From: a virus
Lineage: Duplodnaviria > Caudoviricetes
Direction: 5' to 3' (one strand)
DNA length: 64,000 nucleotides
Virus record (IMG/VR): IMGVR_UViG_3300027971_000001
The notes under the pieces are model-generated. The model did no database searches and was not told the DNA's origin. It saw nothing but the letters and a program-made list of their open reading frames with translations. This document shows, in pieces, positions 27,448 through 37,700 of the stretch (positions are counted from its first letter, which is position 1; each line of letters starts with the position of its first letter). Both the position numbers and the translations under genes were made by a program.

Positions 27448-28941
27448 TTAGAAGTAGACGCTCTGTGTGGCAGGTGTGAACGGCTGACCCAGACCAACGA
27501 CAATAATGACGTGGTAGTACAGGTTAGCCCCGAAGATATTATCCACAACGCCGTAACGAGTCATCAATCCAACGCGAGGCGAGAAGTCGTTAGGACCAAT
27601 CGTTCTCTGGACGAGGACTGGGATGTACGGGCAATAGATGATACCTGTGTCGTAATACTCCGGACCCTTGTACCCGAGTAGTGCATACTCGAGGCGGGTG
27701 CTACGCTGCGGGTTAGTGAGAGTTCCCGGATATGCTCCGAGGTTCTCAGCCTGCGCGTCTGTGCGTGTATCACGATACACATTAAACCGACCACCGAGAT
27801 TTCCAACCTTGGAAACGCCAACAGGTTGAGTGTTGACATTGCCTTGGACGGGAACCCACTGGAATTCAGGAAGCATTTCCAATATGGCGCAAACGCGAGG
27901 TGTTGCAACAATGAAGTTGGCAGCACCACGACGGTTACGAACCGCAATGCGGTTAGCTTCGATGATTAGTCTCTGGTAGAAGTCACGATTACGTTCAACT
28001 AGCCAGCGACCATCAGCGGAAGCGGGAGACCATACGGAATATCCTGATCCGAAGCCAGCATTGAGGGCAACCTGAATCATACGAATGATCATCTCACGGT
28101 CAATTTCTGCCTGTAGCTCATAGCTCATAGCATTTGTCAACTCGGTGTCGATGTCGATACCATTCATATTCTTCAAGTCTTGTTCAAGCTCTACGGACCA
28201 GCGAGCAGCAAGCCTACGGGTTCCTGCTTCGACTGCAGTTTTCTCGAAAGAAACTTCAATCTGAGGAATCTTACCGGTAAGTTCGAAGTTACCCAGGATC
28301 TGAGCAACACCCTGATCGGTGCCGAGCATTGTGAATTGATCATAATACGGCTGCGAAGGGGATGCGCCAGAGAGCTGAGAAGACGAAGTACCAGTATAAC
28401 GGGTGTCAAGGAGTTGATATCCAAGTTCAGCACCGTTAGAAGGATTGGCAGGTGTTATGGCGGCATTTGCGTTAGTTCCGCTACCGTCAACGCCAGAATT
28501 ACCCAATTGTTTATTGAGGTACTTATAGCGAAGAGCGAAAGCAAGACCGACGGGACCACTCATAGGTTGAACACCTACTATCTCGTTGGTGATTAGTTCG
28601 GGGAATGTACGACGAATCATCGGGATCAGAATCTTGGGCAGACGTGCATCTCCCTTAGCATAGTCGTCACCAGCGGTGATCTTGCCAGGGGGATTGAACG
28701 AAGCTCCAATAGATGTACCTGAACCGAAAACACCACCGCTAGCGGCAGTGTTATCTTCATTAACCATGCACCATTGCTCTTGGTTTTCCAAAAGCATGGC
28801 GGTGTTGAGACGTGTGTGATCGTCTTCGATAGCCCGGACAGAATCCGAGGTATAATCGAGGACGGGTGCCCACTTCTCTAGAAGGGTTTTAGCGCGACTC
28901 TGATTGATGTAACTCGTGGGAGGAGCGATACGCTTACTCAT
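27448..28941 (-). CDS. gp23: Major capsid protein
   Basis: LLEKWAPVL, ILIPMIRRTFPELITNEIVGVQPMSGPVGLAFALRY, RRLAARWSVELEQDLK and YCPYIP; SD AAGGAG upstream. Confidence 0.98.
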   Translation of the reverse strand: MSKRIAPPTSYINQSRAKTLLEKWAPVLDYTSDSVRAIEDDHTRLNTAMLLENQEQWCMVNEDNTAASGGVFGSGTSIGASFNPPGKITAGDDYAKGDARLPKILIPMIRRTFPELITNEIVGVQPMSGPVGLAFALRYKYLNKQLGNSGVDGSGTNANAAITPANPSNGAELGYQLLDTRYTGTSSSQLSGASPSQPYYDQFTMLGTDQGVAQILGNFELTGKIPQIEVSFEKTAVEAGTRRLAARWSVELEQDLKNMNGIDIDTELTNAMSYELQAEIDREMIIRMIQVALNAGFGSGYSVWSPASADGRWLVERNRDFYQRLIIEANRIAVRNRRGAANFIVATPRVCAILEMLPEFQWVPVQGNVNTQPVGVSKVGNLGGRFNVYRDTRTDAQAENLGAYPGTLTNPQRSTRLEYALLGYKGPEYYDTGIIYCPYIPVLVQRTIGPNDFSPRVGLMTRYGVVDNIFGANLYYHVIIVVGLGQPFTPATQSVYF

Positions 28942-28974
28942 TTTATTACATTCTCCTTTATAAAATATCGACCA

Positions 28975-28990
28975 GTAGCAAATTTGCTAC
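28975..28990. other. Perfect 16-bp palindrome GTAGCAAATTTGCTAC in the gp23 leader
   Basis: Read directly; the minus-strand RNA stem extends by G-U pairs. Confidence 0.7.
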
Positions 28991-29019
28991 CAAATAATCT
29001 CAGGTATAAACCTCAGAAA

Positions 29020-29895
29020 TCACCAGCGACCAAGTTCGTTGAGATAGCTGTTTGTCGATTCGTTAGCTTCAGAAGCAGGCTTTTCAGCAGCTTCTTCTAC
29101 TACGACACGATCAACAGTTTCAGTTTGCTCAACGGCTTCGTCGCGTATGTTTGAAAGACGCTCCTCTTCAGTATTATTAAAGAGTTTAAGAGTGTAATCA
29201 TAGTTCTCATTAATGAACTCAACATCTTTGTTACCCAGAAGCTTCGCGATATATTTCTTCTTGTTTTCAGGAAGATCACGAGTTTTCTGTTCTAGTAACA
29301 GAGAGGCTTTCGCCTGATTGAGTTCTTTTTCAAGAACTACACTGCGCTCTTTTGCGCTTTCAAGCTCTTTACGAGCTTCATCTAATTGTTTCTTTCCGTC
29401 CATTACTGCTTCACGAATGCTTTCTTGGGCAGTCGCTGCATCAACGGCGAGAAGATTGCGGACCTTGCCGAGAACGTCAACAGCACGACGATTAGTCACT
29501 GCTTTTTTGATGTCTTCTGCAGGTACAACTTCATCAAGATAAGCTTCCAAATAGGTGCTAATATCATTGATGGTTTCGGATTTGAAAGATTTAGCTTCGT
29601 TAGAAAGTGCAGACTGATATTTTTCTACGATAGACTTGAGTTTATCTGAATGATTTTCATCGATAGCAGATACAACCTTGTTTAGTTTAGAAACGTGATC
29701 TTTATCGATTGCTTCAACGAGGGATTCTAGCTTTTTGCTATGATCTTCGTCTTGTTCGACAAGAGCTTTTTCAACGTGAATCTTGACTTTTTCATTCACG
29801 CTAGCTTCAAAAGCTTGCTGAATTTCATTCAAGGTTTGTTCCGAAAGAATATCCTTTGTGGCTTCTTTTAGTACATCTACAACGTTTTTGCTCAT
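29020..29895 (-). CDS. gp22: Prohead core scaffold protein
   Basis: Long acidic coiled coil, IQQAFEASVNEKV, STYLEAYLDEVV, C-terminal YLNEL; directly upstream of gp23. Confidence 0.9.
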   Translation of the reverse strand: MSKNVVDVLKEATKDILSEQTLNEIQQAFEASVNEKVKIHVEKALVEQDEDHSKKLESLVEAIDKDHVSKLNKVVSAIDENHSDKLKSIVEKYQSALSNEAKSFKSETINDISTYLEAYLDEVVPAEDIKKAVTNRRAVDVLGKVRNLLAVDAATAQESIREAVMDGKKQLDEARKELESAKERSVVLEKELNQAKASLLLEQKTRDLPENKKKYIAKLLGNKDVEFINENYDYTLKLFNNTEEERLSNIRDEAVEQTETVDRVVVEEAAEKPASEANESTNSYLNELGRW

Positions 29896-29935
29896 AAAAT
29901 TATTTATTTATTTCCTCGTTATTTTTTTGATTTTT

Positions 29936-30085
29936 TTACTTTTTTAAATCCTTAACAGCGTTCTGTATACGATTTTGCAATTTAATATCCATAACAGCTT
30001 GAAGGGATTTTTTGGCACTAGAATAATCTTTTTCAGTAAGACACTTCAGAAAATTGTTAATCAAAGATTTTTGTTTAATGTCCAT
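29936..30085 (-). CDS. Small prohead core protein, gp67-like (49 aa); not in the ORF track
   Basis: Manual translation MDIKQKSLINNFLKCLTEKDYSSAKKSLQAVMDIKLQNRIQNAVKDLKK; GCTAAATA 9 nt upstream; fills the gp21-gp22 gap. Confidence 0.6.
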   Translation of the reverse strand: MDIKQKSLINNFLKCLTEKDYSSAKKSLQAVMDIKLQNRIQNAVKDLKK

Positions 30086-30097
30086 GTGTTTTTATAT

Positions 30098-30778
30098 TTA
30101 GCTCTTTGCACTCAATTTTCTAAAGAAAAGAACAACTTGTTCTTTCAAAAATGCTTCAACATCAGTACGAGGAAGGTTGAAAAGGGCAGATGTAAAGCTG
30201 TCATATATCTCTTCATAATGACCACTTTCTTTCAAAACAAACTGTTTACTTTCCAAAATACCATCAACAAAAGCTTTGGGGAACGACGGATCAGCAACAC
30301 AATCAATTGCAACCAAACGAAGATCGGAAACCTTGTTTATTCCGTTTGATCCTTCGCTAAGTTTTCCTAGAGCACGGCTGCTCATTCCTACCTTTACTCC
30401 GTCCTGTATCAAACTCTTAACAATCATTCCCATAGGAGTGCTGAGAACTTTGCTTTTACCGTAAAAAACATTTCCATCCTGACGAAGTTCAGTAACCATG
30501 TGACAAACACGTTCCAAATTAACTTCAGGAGTTTGAGGATGATTCAATTCACCCATGCTACGGTGATTCTTGATCATTTCATTTGTGTAACGACCAACTT
30601 CTTTGGTCATTTCTTCAAGATTGTAGATTCGACGATTACGATTGGCTTGTTCTGCCATCATGTAAGGACCTTTGATATAAAGAGTGGCCGGTTGGTTGGG
30701 ATTTTTTTCTTCCAACACGTATTCGAAATCATCATTAGATGCGGGACGTTCTACAATAAGTTTTAAACCATCATTCAT
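30098..30778 (-). CDS. gp21: Prohead protease
   Basis: YIKGPYMMAEQANRNRRIY, GELNHP, VCHMVTEL, GVKVGMSSRALG and DCVADPS. Confidence 0.96.
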   Translation of the reverse strand: MNDGLKLIVERPASNDDFEYVLEEKNPNQPATLYIKGPYMMAEQANRNRRIYNLEEMTKEVGRYTNEMIKNHRSMGELNHPQTPEVNLERVCHMVTELRQDGNVFYGKSKVLSTPMGMIVKSLIQDGVKVGMSSRALGKLSEGSNGINKVSDLRLVAIDCVADPSFPKAFVDGILESKQFVLKESGHYEEIYDSFTSALFNLPRTDVEAFLKEQVVLFFRKLSAKS

Positions 30779-30787
30779 GGATATAAT

Positions 30788-30795
30788 TATTTATA
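30788..30795 (-). promoter_or_regulatory. T4-type late promoter TATAAATA (gp21)
   Basis: 9 nt before ATG 30778. Confidence 0.75.
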
Positions 30796-30803
30796 TAAAT
30801 TAT

Positions 30804-31277
30804 CTATTTTTTCGAGTTATTTATTTTTAAATCTTTCTCTGTGAGGATAATGAACTCCGTATCATGGCTTTTTGCCCATTTTTTAGCAGCTTCCCATTTT
30901 GAACAATTTGTTATGTAAGTCATTTGTTCATAGAGAATTGTGGCTTTTCTGCATCTACTATTTTCAAAATTAGGTTTTCTGGTTTGTTTTTCAGGTTTTA
31001 TTTCAACAAGATATTTTTTATAAATTTCTCCTTCTTTTATTACCATATTTAAATCCACATGATACAACCTAGTGGTTTTGGCAAACGGATGAAAGTAAGG
31101 AATTTTTATGCTTTCACTGGCCCAGCGGGAAACATTCGGATTATCATCACAAAAACGAAAAAATTTCAGCTCATATGATGAACGATACAAGATTGGTTTT
31201 TTTCCGACATATTTTTTTTCGTTTTTAGGAACAAAAATTCCTTGAATGAATTTGCTGTTTTTTTGTAAAGGTATCAT
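30804..31277 (-). CDS. gp4: Head completion protein (TnsA-like fold)
   Basis: YRSSYELKFFRFCD.NPNV..WASE.I.IPY, YHVD, LVEIKP and KWEAA. Confidence 0.9.
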   Translation of the reverse strand: MIPLQKNSKFIQGIFVPKNEKKYVGKKPILYRSSYELKFFRFCDDNPNVSRWASESIKIPYFHPFAKTTRLYHVDLNMVIKEGEIYKKYLVEIKPEKQTRKPNFENSRCRKATILYEQMTYITNCSKWEAAKKWAKSHDTEFIILTEKDLKINNSKK

Positions 31278-31293
31278 TCAGGATATTTTTAAA

Positions 31294-32310
31294 TTATCCT
31301 ACCAACATTTGAACAGGGCTTGCATCACCCAAACCCGGAGCAGAACCTTCGTAAAGTCTCTTTTCCAAAGCTTCTTTTTCACGCAATCCTTGTTGCAACA
31401 TATCGTTATAATTCAACTGTCCACCTCCGAAAAGATTTACAGCTGTATACTTTCCACGAACATGACCAATGGATATTTTTGTAAGAGCCAATGAATACTG
31501 TTGAACCCATTGTTCTTGGATTAGTTGTTGAACAGGACGTTCCACATAACAATTAATGATACCATAAAATCTAGATCCAGATCCAGGTGTACGGGGTGGC
31601 GGAAACATCTGAAGATACTGTGTACGTTCATCAAATTTTACAGAACGAGGTATGCTCAATAGCTTATCACGATTTTTTAACCAATCTTTCAAAATATACC
31701 AACTGATAAGATCAAAACCATAATTTCCCATTGAATAACTGAAATAAGTTTGCTGGGCCAATGTTTGTTCAATTGTGAAAAGAGTGTTTACTCCATCAGA
31801 TGAACCTTCCTCAAAATATCTCAAATCAATAACCTTCCTGTATGTTTGAATCAAATAATCATAACTATTCATAATAGACAATTGGTCGGGGAGATTCCCT
31901 TTTGGATCTGCTTCAGATACTTGAAACGCCAAAGGATTTGTTGGATCACCAATTACCATGCTACCTATATTATACATGCTATTGATGCTGGTGTTGCGAA
32001 TATCGTAACGGAAATTAAAATCTGGAGTTAAACTGAACAATGTATCTAAACGAACACCCTTTCCGTCTTCATAAAGATCGCTGTCAAAAACAAGATATTC
32101 ATCGGTATAACCGGCAAATTTGCTGAACATTTCCACAGCAATTGCAATGTTCTCATAAAGTTGATCCTGATGTATTTCGACATTAACAAGTGGAGCACCT
32201 AATTGTCTGCTTATTCGAATACCAAGATCATTGAATGCTTGAATACGACTGTTTAAATTAGTACTATAAAATGTACTGACGTTTTGTGTTACTGTGCAAC
32301 TCAGGCTCAT
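31294..32310 (-). CDS. gp13: Neck protein
   Basis: RQLGAPLVNVEIHQDQL, WVQQYSLALTKISIG..RGKY..VNLFGGGQLN. Confidence 0.88.
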   Translation of the reverse strand: MSLSCTVTQNVSTFYSTNLNSRIQAFNDLGIRISRQLGAPLVNVEIHQDQLYENIAIAVEMFSKFAGYTDEYLVFDSDLYEDGKGVRLDTLFSLTPDFNFRYDIRNTSINSMYNIGSMVIGDPTNPLAFQVSEADPKGNLPDQLSIMNSYDYLIQTYRKVIDLRYFEEGSSDGVNTLFTIEQTLAQQTYFSYSMGNYGFDLISWYILKDWLKNRDKLLSIPRSVKFDERTQYLQMFPPPRTPGSGSRFYGIINCYVERPVQQLIQEQWVQQYSLALTKISIGHVRGKYTAVNLFGGGQLNYNDMLQQGLREKEALEKRLYEGSAPGLGDASPVQMLVG

Positions 32311-32311
32311 A

Positions 32312-32935
32312 TTAATTGTTACTGGTTATGGAAACCATAATGGTGGATTTATCTGCTGTTAGTCCTGTAAACATTACATAAAGGGCATTTACACGTTCAT
32401 GAAGGGCTGATACAGCGGCTTGTATGGATGAATAATTTAAATCTAAAGCCTGTATTCTTTGTTGATAATAGATATTAGGAGAAAGAATTGCACCAAATCC
32501 TACTGATGAAAGTACGGAAAGATAATTTCCACTGTTTCCAACAAGATTGTTATATGCTTCGCTCCAATAAGAACTGTTAACATTTGTAGTTGTATAAACG
32601 GATGACCAGCTTCCTGAAAGAATATTGACAGTCAAATATGTGCTTTGCCAATTGGAACTGAAACTTCGAACATGTGTATAAACGCTTTCCCATCTGGAAC
32701 TGTTTCCATAAACAGTGGTATAAACACTAACCCAATAACCACTGTTTGCCTGAAGAGTAACATAACCACTATACCAGTTTTCACTGGTACCTTGATCTTG
32801 TGTATAAATTATACCTTGAAATTTAGAAGACGGTCCAGCAATAGGATCGGTACCACTTTCCAAAATTCCCGGAGTGGGATTTGTATGGTGGGTGGATCGA
32901 TGAAGTTTTCCGTGAAAAGGATAATTGCCAGCCAT
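32312..32935 (-). CDS. Late protein with 14-residue Trp/Tyr coiled-coil repeats (fibre stalk-like)
   Basis: About 7 tandem NS(G/S)xWxS(V/T)Y(T/L)xV units; TATAAATA 5 nt upstream. Confidence 0.75.
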   Translation of the reverse strand: MAGNYPFHGKLHRSTHHTNPTPGILESGTDPIAGPSSKFQGIIYTQDQGTSENWYSGYVTLQANSGYWVSVYTTVYGNSSRWESVYTHVRSFSSNWQSTYLTVNILSGSWSSVYTTTNVNSSYWSEAYNNLVGNSGNYLSVLSSVGFGAILSPNIYYQQRIQALDLNYSSIQAAVSALHERVNALYVMFTGLTADKSTIMVSITSNN

Positions 32936-32940
32936 ATATT

Positions 32941-32948
32941 TATTTATA
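32941..32948 (-). promoter_or_regulatory. T4-type late promoter TATAAATA
   Basis: 5 nt before ATG 32935. Confidence 0.75.
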
Positions 32949-32950
32949 AA

Positions 32951-34711
32951 TTAATTGCATATTATACTGATTATAAATGCGCCGTCTCCTACTCCTTGCA
33001 TATCTGAACCAGCTTTAATTGTAATAATATTACATTCAGTCCGGAATAGCGGTATGGGGAAAGGAGTATCCCCTTGAATAACATTCAGAATTCCTAATTG
33101 TTGTAAATATAATTTATATAAACATCTGTTAATAGTGTCACTTTGATAATTTTCATTATTTCCTATAAAATTATTGCAATCAACATTTAAAGAAGGATCA
33201 GTCAAAACACCATCATCAATATAGATATTTTTTATAAATTTATAACTTTCATAAATATCCTGATTTGTCATCTGAATGTTTACGGCTGAAAGCGGCAAAT
33301 ATGGATCCAAATCAAATTTGAATCTCTGACGGGATTGATTCAAAAGAACATAATTATTGTTTATAAGTTTGCTTATGCTTTTGTTGAATGTAAGACTTTG
33401 TGAATATTCTTCATTTTTTATGTGTATTTGATCTTTTGAAAAAATATCAAAATCATAAGAATAAAGCATGTTATTGGTCGCATTAGGTTCAAGAAACCTG
33501 AAAAACTCGCCTGCCGAAAGGTTGGTTCCAATTGTTGTTTTTGAAAAAAGAAAAATGCTATCTCTATCTTCGTCCAAATACAAATCCAAAGCTTGCAAGC
33601 TATAATTTCGAATATTGTCTTTAGACAAATCAAATTTTCCAATCTTTGTTGTTGGACGGGAAAAATATTTTTTATAAAGAGATTTGTTTGTGAGAATATA
33701 AAAAATATTAGTATTATCTTTACTAAACAAATATTTTATTGAATATTCTCCGGTTTTTGTTTCTTCGGAAAAATCTACAACTTTGTATGAAGAATCAGAA
33801 ACATTTAGAATTATGATTTTATTTTCTTTGGCCAATAAAAATATATCGGTTATTCCTGTAAACTGATTTTTATGAAGTTTGATATCAACAATCGTATACA
33901 AAGAAAATAGATTTTTTAATATTAAAGAATATCTCCAATTCAATTGGTCGTCAAAAAACTTCAAACAAGAATTTCCGCTGTCCATTACAACTAGAGTTGA
34001 AAGATAAAGATCAGCAGCATAAGGTGTGTTGAATTCATTGTTGTCATATCGACCACCTTGACCACCTATGATTTTCTTCAAATATCGTTTATTGAATTTT
34101 ACATTTTCTCCTCCTATGAAACCTTCAACGTCATATAAAAGAACTTGGTTATTAACCGAATCTACCACGTAAAGATCATTTCCATTAAGAACCAAATCCG
34201 TTATGTTTCCATTTTTTAACTGTGTTTTTTCATCTATATAAATGCTTGAAAGAATAATATTAAATGAAGAATATTCTGTATCAAATTTTGTAAAAAATAA
34301 AGTTTGACCTTGAGATGCAATCAAAACAATGTTTTGACCATCTGTTGTTGGGGAAACAACAAAATCCTTAATATCATCTAATCCAGATAATCCTATTCCT
34401 GTTTGAAAGTTTCTGGCACTAGTATTTGGAACGGAAGTGGAATTCCATGTGGCTTTGGTTTTTCCTGAAATAACACCTAACCAAGATGTGTATGAATATG
34501 GAATTTGATTTGTTAAAATTTTTGTTCGAGAGTACAGATACAAAAGATTTTCATACAAATAATTAAAACGGATATTAATAGCCCCTGCAACGCTAAGTTC
34601 ATTGACAGGTATTTGAATTTTATCAAATACATACGGAAGAGAAATAAAATCTCCTACAACCCGATCAAAAATAAGATTTTCTTTTTGGAAAGATGAGTTT
34701 ATGGCTATCAT
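32951..34711 (-). CDS. Virion protein with NHL/beta-propeller-like repeats
   Basis: DLYVVDSVNNQVLLYD, FNTPYAAD, LVVMDSGNSCLKFFD; start 34711 gives an ATGA overlap. Confidence 0.7.
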   Translation of the reverse strand: MIAINSSFQKENLIFDRVVGDFISLPYVFDKIQIPVNELSVAGAINIRFNYLYENLLYLYSRTKILTNQIPYSYTSWLGVISGKTKATWNSTSVPNTSARNFQTGIGLSGLDDIKDFVVSPTTDGQNIVLIASQGQTLFFTKFDTEYSSFNIILSSIYIDEKTQLKNGNITDLVLNGNDLYVVDSVNNQVLLYDVEGFIGGENVKFNKRYLKKIIGGQGGRYDNNEFNTPYAADLYLSTLVVMDSGNSCLKFFDDQLNWRYSLILKNLFSLYTIVDIKLHKNQFTGITDIFLLAKENKIIILNVSDSSYKVVDFSEETKTGEYSIKYLFSKDNTNIFYILTNKSLYKKYFSRPTTKIGKFDLSKDNIRNYSLQALDLYLDEDRDSIFLFSKTTIGTNLSAGEFFRFLEPNATNNMLYSYDFDIFSKDQIHIKNEEYSQSLTFNKSISKLINNNYVLLNQSRQRFKFDLDPYLPLSAVNIQMTNQDIYESYKFIKNIYIDDGVLTDPSLNVDCNNFIGNNENYQSDTINRCLYKLYLQQLGILNVIQGDTPFPIPLFRTECNIITIKAGSDMQGVGDGAFIISIICN

Positions 34712-37700
34712 ATGTTTTCTCTCCAAACAATATTTTTAATTTGCGTCAAATAAGGAAAATTATTTAATATAATACTATTCAATTGTTTCTGTATGTATGC
34801 TTTTGCATTAGGATCTGTTATTTTTGAATTATTTATAGAAATATCAACAGCAGGAGACTTGTGGTAAGGAATCCTTTGTCTAAAAAATTTCTCAATTGTA
34901 TCTGTATAATTTCTATTTTCTGCCGGAAGATTCAACATTAAAGGTTGAATATTTTTGGAATATTTCTGAAGAAGGCGTATGGAATAATAATCTAAAGCTT
35001 TTGTAAAGAAAAATACATCCTTTATTTCAAGATTTTTTATTGTGAAAGCGTCACTTATTTTTAATTTCTCATATAAATTAATTCCAGCAAAATATTGTGT
35101 TGCTCCATAAGTGAATGGTTCACTTATGATTTGGCTTAAAGCATACTTTCCTTGATCAAAAGTTTTTGAATCAACAATTTGTCCGTCTACAAACAAAATA
35201 CAATTACCGTTAACAGAATCCAAAGTAAGAGCGAATTCATGATTTCCAAATTTTAGCTGGGAAGCATCAAATTTAAGATTCAATTCTTCCGGATTTTCAG
35301 AAGGATAAATGTTGGGAAGATTAATACGAACCGAAATTGTGTTTTTAGGATAATTCACATCTAAAATTTCATGATTGTAAAGAGAATTTGTGATAGGAGA
35401 TAACAAACATCCAGACAAAGCATAATTAAATGCTATAGGATTTTCATTAACTTGAAATGTTTTTGTATTAATTGAAGCTATCGTGTTTGTGGAAGAACAA
35501 ACGGCATAAATTGTTGTTGTATTTTCTCCTTTGATATATGATGACCCAAAATCACTAGCAACTACATTTTGTGCACTTGAAGGTAAACTGAAGGTTGTAA
35601 TGACAAATCCACCTGAATTGTGTACATAACATGTGGATTTATTATCAAAAATAAAGAAATTTTGATTATCATCTATTGTAAATGTCATAATATTTCCACT
35701 TGTGTTATAAAAACGTGTTTCAATATTATTAGTGCTTACATTCCATTCGAGAATTTCACCGTTTGATTTATAAAAAATTCTTACACCTTCACGAATCTCT
35801 GCATCAGTTCCATCTATAATATAGACTCCAGAACCTATCCGCTTTATGGATTGTGCGCTTACCATTGGAGTTGTTGAATAAAAACGAGTAAAATTGTTGT
35901 AACCTAATTCTTCAGTTCTTCGATTATATGAAACAAAATCTCCTTTAGGTGAAACAAGGAAAAATGTATATGTTTCATCAGAGAAATTGGAAATTGTAGA
36001 TGATAAAGGATTATATTGGGTGCTATCAAAAATTGTATTTTGTGAGTTTATTTGAAACAATTCACCAGTTTTATCCAACACAAAATAATCATCCAAACTT
36101 TCCAATTGAACAATATTAATTAGTGGATTATTAAATGTAATACTATCAATAAAACCAAATTCTTGATTGTAAATATACAATTTATTATCACTTATGATTC
36201 TAATAAATGGTGTAACGGATCTATCCGAATAAATTCCAAAACCTCTGTTTTTATAATTACCTATAATTTCATGGCCAAAAGGATTGTCGAAACTTTTGCT
36301 TGCTAAAGTAAACAAGAACGAAAAGCAATTATCAAATGATTTGCTATTAATCGTTTCATTAATTCCGTATTGACTTCCTGAAAATTTGTACACTCCATTT
36401 TCAGAAGCCAAAATAGTTCCATTTGTTTGTAAATATTGATCAATACCATTGAATAAAATGCTAGAATTATTTTTGTTTATGTATTCATCAATATCGTTTT
36501 TACCTATTCGGTAATAAGCATAAAGACAATATGGTTCAAAAGTCATTTGACTTTTTATATCAAAAATTTCCGTGGGTGTTGTTGCTTCGTTTGTTATACA
36601 ATCGTAATAGCTTTCATAACTGAAAACATCATTTGCTGAAAAAGCTGTTTGTCTGGTTGTTTTGTTAGGGAGAAAATATCTGTCATACCAAATTGGTCTT
36701 GTGGTAGGATCACAAGAACCGCTCAACCAAGAACAAAGCCACGTTCCATTAACTTCTCCGCGAGGATTTCCAAAGTTTGAAGTATCTTTGTAGTTTGAAA
36801 GTTTTTTCCATATTTTATCGGAGAACTCAGGTGTATCTGAATAAATTGCTCCGGATTCAGCTAATGATGAATCGTTTATATTAATAAAATTATATTCACC
36901 CATGTCTAAAGGGGTATGGAAATAACTTATTTTTCCAGGGGCAAACAGATATTCATTTATTTTACTCAAATAATTTTGAGAAAATTTTAAATTTCCTTTT
37001 TCTTGAAATGATCCAGTATTTAAAGAAACATAATTTCGCACTTGCTTATTTTCCGATACAAAAACATTTTCTGATTTTGGAGTAAGAGGATTTTTTTCTG
37101 TAAAGAAATTGTATGGTATTTCTGCAGAAGTTATGTTATTGAATTCAGAATGAAAAACAATTTGATTTTTAGTATTTTCGGATTTTGAACAATCAACATT
37201 AAGATTGTTTGTATCAAATTCTTTTGTGTATGAATACCAAAAAGAGGATAATGTAGAAATCAAATTAAATTTTATTGGAAGAATATTAAAAGTATTATCT
37301 ACTGTAAACTGAATATCACTTCCGCTAAGAGGTAAAAAAGTAAGAGATGATGATGATCGTGTTAATGTATAGACATTATTATTTTTTCTGTAAAAAAATG
37401 TTATACAGTTATTAATGTTATCAAAAATATATTCAAAAGCCTGTTGATAGAGACTGTTTGAATTGAATATGTCACTTGAGCCAGAAAGAAGATAAACATT
37501 ATTGTTTAAAAAGTTTAAATTTAGATAATATTTATTATTATAATATTCATGAGAAATTCTGCACAAATTGTTGGGAAGAAAATCTATTTCAAAATAGTAA
37601 TTAGGATTTTTTCCTCCAAAAAAATTATTTGTGGTAATATCCAAATAATTTGATGAAACTGTAGGATTGATAGACCAATATCTTTGAGATGATTCTTTTA

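Noticed and set aside
27327-28596. Long antisense or alternate-frame ORFs over gp23, and similar ones over gp18, gp5 and others
   Set aside because: Shadow ORFs of long genes, favoured by locally higher GC; no motifs or start signals.
29975-30349. 124-aa plus-strand ORF across the gp21-gp22 gap
   Set aside because: Antisense to gp21; the gap is better explained by the 49-aa minus-strand ORF with its own late box.
30804-31277. TnsA-like endonuclease as a transposon gene
   Set aside because: It is the T4 gp4 head-completion family in a head/neck context, with no transposon ends or partner genes.
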